This document shows positions 40,502 through 49,716 of a stretch of 64,000 bases of DNA, in pieces (the first letter of the stretch is position 1; every line of letters begins with the position of its first letter). Origin of the DNA: an uncultured Verrucomicrobiae bacterium (GTDB lineage Bacteria; Verrucomicrobiota; Verrucomicrobiia; Limisphaerales; JAFGQR01); assembly GCA_963788655.1 (NCBI GenBank), contig CAWBHS010000090.1:32001-96000 (forward strand), in the 5' to 3' direction. The position numbers were made by a program, and so were the translations under genes. The notes below the pieces were generated by a model, which was given only the letters and a program-made list of their open reading frames with translations, was not told the origin of the DNA and made no database searches.

Positions 40502-41260
40502 TCAGGCGCCAACTGCTTCGAAGGGAGCGGTATCCGGCGGCCCGGCGGCGAACAGGAAGACCGGTTTGCTTGCCGCGCTCGGATAGCGCGGTATCGCCGC
40601 CAGTTGACTGCAAACCGTGCCGAAACCGTTGACCAGGGCAAAGTTCGGAGCCGCGGCCGGGTCACCCGTACCGCCGGGAATCTCGCGGCTGGCCAGCAGC
40701 GCCTGCCAGGCTTGCCAGTTGCCGGCGAGGGGGTCCGGCGCCGGTGCCTGCGAGAATCGCGGCCGGTAGGCACTGATTCGCGGAGCGGAAACATCGTCGA
40801 GATCCCGCGCCGTCAACATGTGCAGCCCTGCCGCCACCGGTTGCGAGGCGATCTTGCCGAGGCCATCATCCCGATGGCACAACCAATGGCCGCTCACGGC
40901 GTCACCGACGAACAAATTGAAACCGCGGTAAGCGTCAGGGTCCAATTCGGCCAGCGCCAATGCGGCTTCGGATGCTTCAGCGTGATCCAATGCTTCCAGC
41001 ACCAGTTCGCCGCGGCTGCGCTTATCCGGCGCGGGTCCGAGGGCGCCCTCGCGATTGGTGACCACCGCCACCAGTCCGTGATCGTTGATCCCGAACCAGG
41101 AACCGCCGCCGACATGGTCGATGCCGGCGACCACCTCCGGTCGGTCCGGCCAATGGCGACCCGGTGCCGACCATGCGCGGCCGCTCATTTCATCCCGGTT
41201 GCCGGCTACCAGTAACGGCCAGGCGTGGTCCGGCCGGCGCAGAATGACTAAGGTGCACAT
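40502..41260 (-). CDS. NRDE/TANGO2 family protein
   Basis: MCTL start, GNRDE, GGSWFGIN, SRGELV. Confidence 0.9.
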   Translation of the reverse strand: MCTLVILRRPDHAWPLLVAGNRDEMSGRAWSAPGRHWPDRPEVVAGIDHVGGGSWFGINDHGLVAVVTNREGALGPAPDKRSRGELVLEALDHAEASEAALALAELDPDAYRGFNLFVGDAVSGHWLCHRDDGLGKIASQPVAAGLHMLTARDLDDVSAPRISAYRPRFSQAPAPDPLAGNWQAWQALLASREIPGGTGDPAAAPNFALVNGFGTVCSQLAAIPRYPSAASKPVFLFAAGPPDTAPFEAVGA

Positions 41261-41380
41261 GGCGCCACCCTAAACCACTGCGCCGCGGGCCGCCAATCAA
41301 CGGCACGGCGCCGGCAGGGACATGACCGCAAAACAATCTGTTAACCTAAAGGACAAGGACATACCGACACGAGGCCGACC

Positions 41381-41773
41381 ATGACCGATGAACGTCTCCC
41401 TGAAATCAAACTGGACCCGGACGACCTCTACCGGGAAGAACTGTTCACCGACCGCCGCGCCGGCACCCTGCGCCGCCTGACGCCGATCACGGCGGATGGC
41501 GAGAACGACCCTGGACGCGCCGTGTCCTATGTGGGCGATGCACAACTGATGACGCCGGTGGGTGCGTTGCCGCTGTCGTTCGAGATTCCGGCAAAATCGT
41601 TGCGCGAGGCGCTGGACCAATATCCGGAAGCCGCCCGCGCAGCAATGGAACGGGCCATCGAAGAACTCAAGGAAATGCGCCGCGAAGCCGCCTCCTCCAT
41701 CGTAATTCCCGAAATGGGAGGTGGCGCCGGCGGGCTGGGCGGCTCTGGCGGCGGCAAGATTCAAATGCCGTAG
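41381..41773 (+). CDS. Conserved hypothetical cytoplasmic protein
   Basis: LYREELFTDRRAGTLRRLTP and MRREAASSIVIP, Gly-rich tail, GAGG RBS. Confidence 0.75.
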   Translation: MTDERLPEIKLDPDDLYREELFTDRRAGTLRRLTPITADGENDPGRAVSYVGDAQLMTPVGALPLSFEIPAKSLREALDQYPEAARAAMERAIEELKEMRREAASSIVIPEMGGGAGGLGGSGGGKIQMP

Positions 41774-41792
41774 CGTCCGAGAGGAAAAACCC

Positions 41793-42458
41793 TCAGCCGC
41801 GACGATCGACGGTCGCGCTGACCGGCTTTGGCAATAGCGCCGCGGTCGCCAAGTACAGCACCAGCCCGTTGAGCACGTGCCAACCGAAATGGGTCCCGGT
41901 CGGAAACACCGCGCACAGGCTGCGATCCACCGTGCGCAGCAAAAGCGCGGCAGTGAACGCGGACGCCGCCATCAGCAACAGCTGGCCGCGGCGGCGATCG
42001 CGCGCCAGCGTGATTATGCAGATGAGCAACAAAGCCATCCAGGTAGGAAGGTAAAACACGGAACCGTTCATAAATCCCGGCGGCAGCAGCAACTGCAAAC
42101 CGATATTGAGCGCGTTGTAGATCAGCAGCCATAGCAGCGCGGCGCTCACCCCCAGTGCAGCGACCCTGATCAGGAAGCTCAGCAGAAATACGTTGATGAA
42201 CAAGAGAATCGGAACAATATCAGCCCACTGCGACCACGGCGCGCGCAACGTGTGCCAAAGAAAACTGCCCACGCCCACGGCGGCGGCCAGGAATGCCAGC
42301 AACCAAACATCGCTCCAGCGTCGGGGGTCGACCTGACGCACCAGCCGCAGCGCGATCAGCGCGGCCACGATCACGAACGCGGCATTGCTCCAGGCGTTTA
42401 GCGGCTCCGCCCAAAACCCGCTACTGGTTCGTTCGCAATACAAAGCGAGCGCGACCAT
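41793..42458 (-). CDS. Ceramidase-domain (CREST-like) membrane protein
   Basis: YCER..FWAEPLNAWSN, GSFLWH, GTHFGWH. Confidence 0.85.
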   Translation of the reverse strand: MVALALYCERTSSGFWAEPLNAWSNAAFVIVAALIALRLVRQVDPRRWSDVWLLAFLAAAVGVGSFLWHTLRAPWSQWADIVPILLFINVFLLSFLIRVAALGVSAALLWLLIYNALNIGLQLLLPPGFMNGSVFYLPTWMALLLICIITLARDRRRGQLLLMAASAFTAALLLRTVDRSLCAVFPTGTHFGWHVLNGLVLYLATAALLPKPVSATVDRRG

Positions 42459-42471
42459 CTGACTCAGGCCG

Positions 42472-43116
42472 TCACGGCCGCACGTAGACCTGGGTCAACC
42501 AGACCACCGTGTGGTGCTGATACTGTTTGCGAAAACCGGCTGCTTCGATCCAGCGCTCGATGCACAACGGATCATGCACGTAAGGGCGGAAATCAGAACC
42601 CACCAGGCGCAGCAACACCGCACCGAGCGTGACTCCGAAACGCACGTACCAGCGGTCGCGGGGATAGGTAAGCCCGTAGACGCGTCCGGTCTTGGCCAGC
42701 GACCGGTGCACCAGGCCATCGGCATCCGGATAACAGCACACCACCTTGTCCAGCACGGTAACCTCTGCCGGCTGCAACTGCTGGTCCAGTTCCATGAAGT
42801 CGCCCTGCAGATATTGCACCCGGTCCGCCAGCCCGCGCTCCCGGGCCCAACCCTGCGCCTCCTCGATCATGCGCGGCGCGAGGTCGATCCCGACGGCGCG
42901 CGAAGCGCCCCGCTCCAACATGGTTTGATGGACATGGCCAACACCGCTGCCGATCTCCAGCACAGTGGCGTCGCCGTAGCCCGCCTGCCCCAGACCCGTC
43001 ATCAGCTGTTCCTGGGATGCTTCGAAGCCGCGGCGTTGGAAACGCTTGCGATAGCGACGGGCGAACAGGGAAAACACCTTGCTGGCGGAATTGGAATGGG
43101 GGCAACAACAACGCAT
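42472..43116 (-). CDS. Class I SAM-dependent methyltransferase
   Basis: VLEIGSGVG, GIDLA, GDF, LDKVVCCYPD. N-terminal MRCCCPH. Confidence 0.85.
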   Translation of the reverse strand: MRCCCPHSNSASKVFSLFARRYRKRFQRRGFEASQEQLMTGLGQAGYGDATVLEIGSGVGHVHQTMLERGASRAVGIDLAPRMIEEAQGWARERGLADRVQYLQGDFMELDQQLQPAEVTVLDKVVCCYPDADGLVHRSLAKTGRVYGLTYPRDRWYVRFGVTLGAVLLRLVGSDFRPYVHDPLCIERWIEAAGFRKQYQHHTVVWLTQVYVRP

Positions 43117-43242
43117 GATGCGATCGTATCCTTCGAAAGATGACAAGTCCCGCAGCGCTCCGTATGGCAACGGACCGCCGCTACCGAACCCACCTTGCGC
43201 CTTTCAGCGCGCCACTTGCAAGATTTGCGCGCTGTGTCGGCG

Positions 43243-43998
43243 CTAATCGGTGGCTTTCATTGCGGCCAGGAATCGCGCCGGCAGATAGGCGCCTGCGGCA
43301 TACAATGGCGCGGGATCGTCTGGTCGGTTGACCCATACCGCGACTGCGTACCGTTGCGCTACGCCATCGCGCACCGTCGGCAATTCGGTCCGCCACGGCG
43401 CCGCGCCCACCGACGTGCGGGCCCATTTCAGCACCACGAATTCGTGGCGGCTGTGGCGGCCACGATTTTCCCCCGCGTCGATGTCCGACTCCAGCCCCAT
43501 ACCCAATAATGCCACGTTGAGCACCAGCGACCGTGGCGCGGTGGCAGCGGCGCGCACCTGGATACTCCCATCCTCCGCCACGGTCACGAGCAGACCGGAG
43601 ATCGCGGTGCCGGAAGGCTTGCCGCCGAGCCAGTGCGCGCGCCATTCCTTGCCGTTGACCACGAACGCTGGTGTATATACCGTGGATAACCTGCCGCTGG
43701 CAGCATAGGCTCGCTGGCGCGCCGCATAATCCGAATCGGCGAAGCGGTCCTTCCAGCCCAGGTAATCCCAGTAGTCGACGTGAAATGCGAGCGGGATGTA
43801 TCGATGCCACAACTGCGCATCGTCAGCGTAGGAATTCAAGCGCGCTTCGGCGGGCGGACAACTGCTGCAGCCCTGGGATGTGAACAGTTCGATCATGGTC
43901 GGCGTTTGGCCGATGCTGCCGAAGTGCAGCTCCTCACCGGCCGCCAGCAGCGGCAGGCACCATAAAATGGCCGAGACGGCGATGCGTGACGCCTTCAT
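43243..43998 (-). CDS. DUF1223 thioredoxin-like secreted protein
   Basis: ELFTSQGCSSCPPA, HVDYWDYLGWKD, VYTP, GENRGR. Confidence 0.9.
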   Translation of the reverse strand: MKASRIAVSAILWCLPLLAAGEELHFGSIGQTPTMIELFTSQGCSSCPPAEARLNSYADDAQLWHRYIPLAFHVDYWDYLGWKDRFADSDYAARQRAYAASGRLSTVYTPAFVVNGKEWRAHWLGGKPSGTAISGLLVTVAEDGSIQVRAAATAPRSLVLNVALLGMGLESDIDAGENRGRHSRHEFVVLKWARTSVGAAPWRTELPTVRDGVAQRYAVAVWVNRPDDPAPLYAAGAYLPARFLAAMKATD

Positions 43999-44115
43999 GG
44001 ATACACCCGATTCGGTTCCCTAACGTTTCCGACAACTGCGCGGGGGTCAGGTTCCGTGGGCCGCCATTGAGCAAGGACGCAGTCAGGAGTGGCTTTTCGC
44101 CTCCCCGCGGCTCGC

Positions 44116-44364
44116 TCACTTGATCAATGCTTCCTTGGCGAGGCGCGTAAGGCGCTTGATTTCAGATTCCCGGCGCGCGGCCTGTGCCCGTGACTGGGCG
44201 CATTCCTGGTAGACGATCCGCACCGGGCGCCGCGCACGCGTATATCGGGCACCGAGCTTCGAACAACTATTGTGTTCGTGTACGCGGCGCGCCGGATCGG
44301 TCGTAATGCCGGTGTACAAGCTGCCGTCCGCGCAGCGCAACATATAGACGTACCAATCGCTCAC
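44116..44364 (-). CDS. GIY-YIG nuclease family protein (UPF0213-like)
   Basis: WYVYMLRCADGSLYTGITTD..RR..EHN, GARYTR. Confidence 0.9.
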   Translation of the reverse strand: MSDWYVYMLRCADGSLYTGITTDPARRVHEHNSCSKLGARYTRARRPVRIVYQECAQSRAQAARRESEIKRLTRLAKEALIK

Positions 44365-44402
44365 CGGCGCGCGTTCTCTGCGACCGTCACCTTCATCCGG
44401 AC

Positions 44403-45215
44403 CTATTCCTGCACGAAGCTCTTGATGATGTAGCCGCCGGATTTTTCGTCATACTCCAAAGACAACAATTTTCTCGCCTGGGCTTCTTCCAACAACTGGC
44501 TGAATGTACGAAAGCCATGGTACGTCTCATTGAACCCGGGTTTGCGGCGCTTCAATGCCTGCTTGACCATCGAGCCCCAGACCTTTTCCTCTTCGCCGCG
44601 CTCCTCCATCAAATCCTCGACGGTCTCCAGCACCATATCGAGCGCTTGCTGTTTTTTCTCGTCCTCCGCCGGCGTCACGTTCTTGGGCGCCGCTTTTTTG
44701 GTCTTGGCTTTGCGCTTGGCCTTGCGCTGCTTTTCCGATTCCCGCGCCAGGTCGTCGTAGAAAATGAATTCGTCGCAATTGGCGATCAGCAGGTCGGACG
44801 TGGAGCTTTTTACGCCCACGCCGATGACGACCTTGTTGTTCTCCCGCAGCTTGCTCACCAATGGCGAAAAATCAGAGTCGCCGCTGATGACCACGAAAGT
44901 ATCAACGTGGGACTTGGTGTAGCAAAGGTCCAGCGCGTCCACCACCATACGAATGTCGGCAGAGTTCTTGCCCGACTGGCGCACATGGGGAATTTCGATC
45001 AGTTCGAACGCCGCCTCGTGCATGGTGGACTTGAATTCCTTGTAGCGCTCCCAGTCGCAATAAGCTTTCTTGACCACGATATTGCCTTTGAGCAACAAGC
45101 GTTCGAGCACCTTCTGAATATCGAAGGCTGCGTATTTGGCATCGCGCACGCCGAGCGCGATGTTTTCGAAATCGCAGAACAGAGCCATATTCTGCGTGTT
45201 GTGCTGTGTGGCCAT
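44403..45215 (-). CDS. NYN domain protein with C-terminal OST-HTH/LOTUS domain
   Basis: DFEN, GKNSADI, SGDSDF, PGFNETYHGFRTFSQLL. Confidence 0.9.
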   Translation of the reverse strand: MATQHNTQNMALFCDFENIALGVRDAKYAAFDIQKVLERLLLKGNIVVKKAYCDWERYKEFKSTMHEAAFELIEIPHVRQSGKNSADIRMVVDALDLCYTKSHVDTFVVISGDSDFSPLVSKLRENNKVVIGVGVKSSTSDLLIANCDEFIFYDDLARESEKQRKAKRKAKTKKAAPKNVTPAEDEKKQQALDMVLETVEDLMEERGEEEKVWGSMVKQALKRRKPGFNETYHGFRTFSQLLEEAQARKLLSLEYDEKSGGYIIKSFVQE

Positions 45216-45367
45216 ATTGTTGTCCGTTGTTGTCGGCATCGATTCAACGCGGCCCGGAAACCAAGTCGCGAGGTTTGCTTGCACGCGGACTGTAACGCCG
45301 CGTTGGACAGGCGTCCAGCAACCGCCCTGCTCATCGTTTCAAGGATCCGCGACGGCCTTGGCCGCCT

Positions 45368-46300
45368 TCAACCGCCGACCCCGGAAAGGTCTAGATCCCG
45401 ATCCCAATAGGGGTCGCCTGCGAACCGCTGCGCGAGAAAATCCACAAAGGCGCGTACCCGCTGCGAGAGATGCCGGGCTTGCGGATACACGGCATACGCG
45501 GTGGTGCCGCGCCAGCGGTAGTCGCGCAATACCGGCACCAGGTCGCCGCGGGCCAGTGCCCGATAGACTATGAACGTCGGCGATTGGACCAGTCCCAATC
45601 CCGCCGCGGCCGATGCGCACAATTGATCGCCATTGTTGCAGCGCATGGATTCCACAACCGTGACTTGGCCTTCGTTGCCGGCGTCGTCCGTGTAATGCCA
45701 GCGTGAAGGCTCGGGGACGTTGCTGTACACCAGGCAGCGGTGATGCGCCAGATCGCCCGGAACCTCGGGTGAACCGAATCGTTCCAGGTAACCCGGGCTG
45801 GCGCACACCAGGGCACGAACCGGTGCCAGCCGGCGTGCCACCAGGGTCGAATCGGGCAGTTCGGCGATGCGGATGCCGACGTCGATACCTTCCGCCAGCA
45901 AGTCGATCTGGCGATCGTTGAAATCGAGATCGAAATCCAATTCCGGGTGCCGGCAGGCGAAGTCGTCGATCGCCGGCCCCAGGTGCAGCAGGCCGAAGGA
46001 CATCGGCGCCGCCACCCGCAAGCGGCCGCGCAAGTTGCCGTGGGCCTCGGACACGGCGAGCTCGGCCTCGTCGAGATCGGCCAGAATGCGGATGGCCCTT
46101 TGGTAAAAACCGCGACCGGTGTCGGTCAGACTCAATTTGCGTGTCGTGCGGCGCAAAAGCTGGACACCCAGGTGCTCTTCAAGTTCCGACAAGCGCCGGG
46201 AAACCGCGGATTTTGCGACTTCCCAGCGCGCGGCCGCACCGGTGATGCTGCCTGCGTCCACGACCCGGACGAAATTCTGCAATAACGTGCATCGGTCCAT
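45368..46300 (-). CDS. LysR family transcriptional regulator (CrgA-like)
   Basis: FVRVVDAGSITGAA...KSAVSRRLSELEEHLGVQLLRRTTR, divergent from azoR. Confidence 0.93.
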   Translation of the reverse strand: MDRCTLLQNFVRVVDAGSITGAAARWEVAKSAVSRRLSELEEHLGVQLLRRTTRKLSLTDTGRGFYQRAIRILADLDEAELAVSEAHGNLRGRLRVAAPMSFGLLHLGPAIDDFACRHPELDFDLDFNDRQIDLLAEGIDVGIRIAELPDSTLVARRLAPVRALVCASPGYLERFGSPEVPGDLAHHRCLVYSNVPEPSRWHYTDDAGNEGQVTVVESMRCNNGDQLCASAAAGLGLVQSPTFIVYRALARGDLVPVLRDYRWRGTTAYAVYPQARHLSQRVRAFVDFLAQRFAGDPYWDRDLDLSGVGG

Positions 46301-46302
46301 TG

Positions 46303-46325
46303 ATTGTTCTCGATTTGCGAACAAT
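46303..46325. promoter_or_regulatory. LysR-type operator (inverted repeat)
   Basis: ATTGTTC-N9-GAACAAT perfect inverted repeat abutting the lysR start. Confidence 0.65.
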
Positions 46326-46417
46326 ATGTTCCCATGATGGCTATTTATCCCCGAAGAATCAACTGCCAAGCTTTTTGCCATGGTCGCAAAGGCCCTATCC
46401 AACACGGGAGCAGCACC

Positions 46418-47041
46418 ATGAGCCGCAACAACCCATCACCGATTCGCGTTCTGCGCATCGACGCCAGCCCCCGGCTGGCGTCCATCACCCGGTCCCTGGA
46501 GGACGCGCTCATCGCCCGACTGCATCAACTGCACGACGGTGTTGAAGTCTCCACCCGCGATGTTTCCCGAGGTATGGAATTCGTCGACGAGGCGTGGATC
46601 GGCGCCAACTACACCGGCGAAGCCGAGCGGGACCATGCCCAAAAGGCGCGCCTGGCATTGTCCGACGAATTGGTCGATGAGTTGTACGCGGCGGACGTCC
46701 TGGTGATCGGCGTGCCGGTGTTCAACTTCTCGATTCCCGCCGCCCTGAAGGCCTGGATCGATCTGGTGGCGCGGGTGGAGCGTACCTTCCGCTACACTGA
46801 CAACGGCCCCGAAGGTCTGCTGGGCGGGCGCAAAGCCTATCTGGTGTTTGCCTCCGGTGGCGTCGGGTTGGGCAGCGAAATGGATTTCGCCTCCAGCTAC
46901 ATGCGCCACGTGCTGGGCTTTCTCGGCATCCGTGAGGTGGAAATCATCGCCGCCGAGCGTGTCGCAATCGACAGCGGCGCCGCCGTGGAACGTGCCCGCG
47001 CCGCCATCGAAGCCTTGGACCCGCAGCGCGATGCTGCTTGA
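46418..47041 (+). CDS. azoR: FMN-dependent NADH-azoreductase
   Basis: LRIDASPR..SITR, PVFNFSIPAALKAWID, TFRYTDNGPEGL. Confidence 0.9.
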   Translation: MSRNNPSPIRVLRIDASPRLASITRSLEDALIARLHQLHDGVEVSTRDVSRGMEFVDEAWIGANYTGEAERDHAQKARLALSDELVDELYAADVLVIGVPVFNFSIPAALKAWIDLVARVERTFRYTDNGPEGLLGGRKAYLVFASGGVGLGSEMDFASSYMRHVLGFLGIREVEIIAAERVAIDSGAAVERARAAIEALDPQRDAA

Positions 47042-47069
47042 GTCGTCCTTGCCAAGGAGGATCGAAGTC

Positions 47070-47928
47070 ATGAACACACGCACCGTTTCCCAGGTCATCA
47101 ACTCCCGGGCAGTGAGCGAAGGCGCCGGGGTGACCGTACATCGCACTATCGGCACGCCGGCACGGCGCAATCTCGATCCGTTCCTGATGCTGGATCATTT
47201 CGCCAGCGACGACCCGAACGATTACATCGCCGGCTTTCCGGACCATCCGCACCGCGGCTTCATCACCGTGACCTACATGCTGGACGGCCACATGCTGCAT
47301 CGCGACAGCATGGGCAACCGCGGCGATTTGCGTGCCGGCGGCGTGCAGTGGATGAAGGCCGCCAGCGGCGTGATTCATTCGGAAATGCCGCAGCAGACGG
47401 CAGGCCTGATGCGCGGCTTTCAGCTGTGGATCAATCTGCCGGCCAAGGAAAAGATGAGCGATCCCGCCTACCAGGAATTTTCGCCCGAAGCGATTCCCGT
47501 GGTGGATCAAGGTGAGTCCGGGTGCGGTTGCTCAGCGGTGAGTTCGGCGGCGCAGCGCGGGCCCATCGACGACCCGAACACCGATGCCCGCTATCTGCAC
47601 GTCAAGGTCGCGGCCGGGGGCCGTTTCGCCTACGCCGTTCCGGCCGGTCACACGGCGTTTGTGTACCTCTTCGGAGGCAGCGCGCAGATCGGTGATACGC
47701 ATTTGGCGCAGCACAACCTGGCGGTCCTTGGCGACGGCGACGAAGTCTGCGATCGATGCCGGGCCGGACGGCGCCGAGTTCATCCTGGTCGCCGGGCGGC
47801 CCCTGCACGAACCCATCGTGCAATATGGACCGTTCGTCATGAACAGCCAGGACGAAATGGAGCAGGCGTTCGCGGACTTTCACGATAATCGCCTGGTGCG
47901 TAAGAAAGCCGACATGATCGGCGCCTGA
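47070..47928 (+). CDS. Pirin family protein (apparent indels near 47515, 47550 and 47748)
   Basis: DPFLMLD, GFPDHPHRGF, HSEMP, QLWINLP. EPIVQYGPFVMN lies in a second frame. Confidence 0.88.
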
Positions 47929-47947
47929 GCGCCCGGCGTTTCGAAGA

Positions 47948-48973
47948 TCAGGACTGTGCCGATTGCGGGACGGTCGCCGTGTTGCGGGTCGTGAGGCGGC
48001 GCCACAGCGGCCGCCCCGCCAACACCGCGAAGACCGGCGCACCTGCGATCAAGTACCAGTAGAAGGTCACAAACCGCCATACCAGAATTGCGGCCGCGGC
48101 CACCGCGGTACCCAACTGCGGCGCCAGCAGCAACGTGCTGCTGGCCTCCGCGCCACCGCTGCCGCCCGGCAGCAGGGCTGCTTGTCCCGCCCCCAAGGAC
48201 AGCATTTGCACCAGGAATGCATAAGGCCAGCTCAGGTCGCCGCCCAAGGCGCGGATCACCAGAAACAAAATGCTGTAACGCAGCAGCCAGTGACCGGCAC
48301 AGAGCAGATAAACGCCGAACAAACGCATGCGCGAATAACTGCGAATCAGCGCCAGGGAATGTCGGAATTCGATCGCTCGGCGCGCCAACCGATGCCGGGT
48401 ACGGGACGACACCCGCATTTGCCGCAGAACCCGGCCCGCCAGCAACAGTACCTTGCGATAAAAACGCATCACCGCCAGCACCACCGCCAAGCCGCCAAGC
48501 ACCAGCACCGCGAGCATCACCAGCTGCCACACGACCCGCAGATCCTGCGGCGCAAACAGCCAGTACAGGCTCAGACCGATCAACGCCGTCAGAAAAAACA
48601 ACAGATCCATGAGCTGGTCGGCGGCGTACAAGGCAACGCTCTGGCTGGCACTCATGCCACGGCGTGACAACAGGAAGGCGTAGGTGACAGGGCCGCCCGC
48701 CCCACCGGGCGTGGCGCAAATCGCGAATTCCGACGCCAAGACCGTAGCCAGCGCCCCACCTTGCGCCAGCCGCGTTCCCATGCCAGCGGCCAGCAGCCGC
48801 ACCCGCCCGGCGTTGAGATTCCAGCCGATGAAAATCATGCCCAGCAGCAACAGCAACTGATCCAGGGGATAGTCGCGCAGCAACGCCAACGCCTGGGTGC
48901 CGCCGAGGAAGACCGGCAAACCGACGCCGATCCCCAGTCCCAGCAGTGCCAGGACCCCATAGCGCAAACTCAC
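47948..48973 (-). CDS. Lysylphosphatidylglycerol-synthase TM-domain (flippase-like) protein
   Basis: TPGGAGG, PGGSGGAE, WRFVTFY. GTG start overlaps the upstream stop. Confidence 0.85.
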   Translation of the reverse strand: MSLRYGVLALLGLGIGVGLPVFLGGTQALALLRDYPLDQLLLLLGMIFIGWNLNAGRVRLLAAGMGTRLAQGGALATVLASEFAICATPGGAGGPVTYAFLLSRRGMSASQSVALYAADQLMDLLFFLTALIGLSLYWLFAPQDLRVVWQLVMLAVLVLGGLAVVLAVMRFYRKVLLLAGRVLRQMRVSSRTRHRLARRAIEFRHSLALIRSYSRMRLFGVYLLCAGHWLLRYSILFLVIRALGGDLSWPYAFLVQMLSLGAGQAALLPGGSGGAEASSTLLLAPQLGTAVAAAAILVWRFVTFYWYLIAGAPVFAVLAGRPLWRRLTTRNTATVPQSAQS

Positions 48974-49716
48974 GCCATTTGCTCCAACCAGTCGGACTTG
49001 GTGAGGGGCCGGCGGGTGGGCAACAGCGCCACCAGCGTCTCGTACCAGAACTGGCGCGACGACGCATAGGCCATGTCCACCGGATGCAATCCCAGTCGCA
49101 GCATCGGCGCCTCGCTCTGGGTACGGATACGGCGTTGATTCCAAAGCTGCGACACCTTGCGGCGCCAGGCACTGCGAGCGCTCCACACCAGGGACGGCGC
49201 CGTAAGCGCGGCAAAATCCGGCAACCGCAGCAGCGCAGTGGGGTTGGAAGTATAACGGAACGGGTACTCCTGAAGCACGCGCGCCGCCTCGGGACCGAGC
49301 AGCCAGGCCGGCGCCACGAAACCTCCCAGCGGCCATCCAAAACCTTGGAACAGCGCCACGCCCCGGTCGAGGCGCGCGCGCACTTCGGTTTCTGGCAGCC
49401 GGTACATCTCGCCTTCATGGGTATAGATGCGACGCATGAAATACTCTCGGGGCGTGCGCGGCGCGGGGCCGTCGTCGGCATGATAATAGCCGTGCATGAC
49501 CAGTTCGTCGCCGCACGCCAAGCGCCGGTCCATGGCGGCGACGAATTCCGGGTGGCGGGCCAGGTGATCGCGATGGTGAAAATCGGGCACTACCAAAAGC
49601 GTCAACGGGACTTTGCCGAGGGCGTCGACGCGCTGCACGAAATCCCGGTACAGCGGCCACGTCGAGGGCGCGACGTCGTGTAGCACGATACTCAGCGAGC
49701 GGGTACGTTCAAGCAT
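48970..49716 (-). CDS. DUF2334 polysaccharide deacetylase-like protein
   Basis: LHDVAP, LLVVP, MHGYYH, GFVAPAW, LRLGLHP. Confidence 0.85.
   Translation of the reverse strand: MLERTRSLSIVLHDVAPSTWPLYRDFVQRVDALGKVPLTLLVVPDFHHRDHLARHPEFVAAMDRRLACGDELVMHGYYHADDGPAPRTPREYFMRRIYTHEGEMYRLPETEVRARLDRGVALFQGFGWPLGGFVAPAWLLGPEAARVLQEYPFRYTSNPTALLRLPDFAALTAPSLVWSARSAWRRKVSQLWNQRRIRTQSEAPMLRLGLHPVDMAYASSRQFWYETLVALLPTRRPLTKSDWLEQMA

Noticed and set aside
42472..43116. Methyltransferase as bchM
   Set aside because: No photosynthesis genes nearby, and only generic SAM motifs are recognisable.
44116..45215. NYN plus GIY-YIG pair as a novel defence module
   Set aside because: Both are common housekeeping-type families with host-like composition, and adjacency alone is weak evidence.
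47500..47760. Programmed frameshifting in pirin and other broken genes
   Set aside because: No slippery sequence or stimulatory structure was seen, and the density of indels points to sequencing error.
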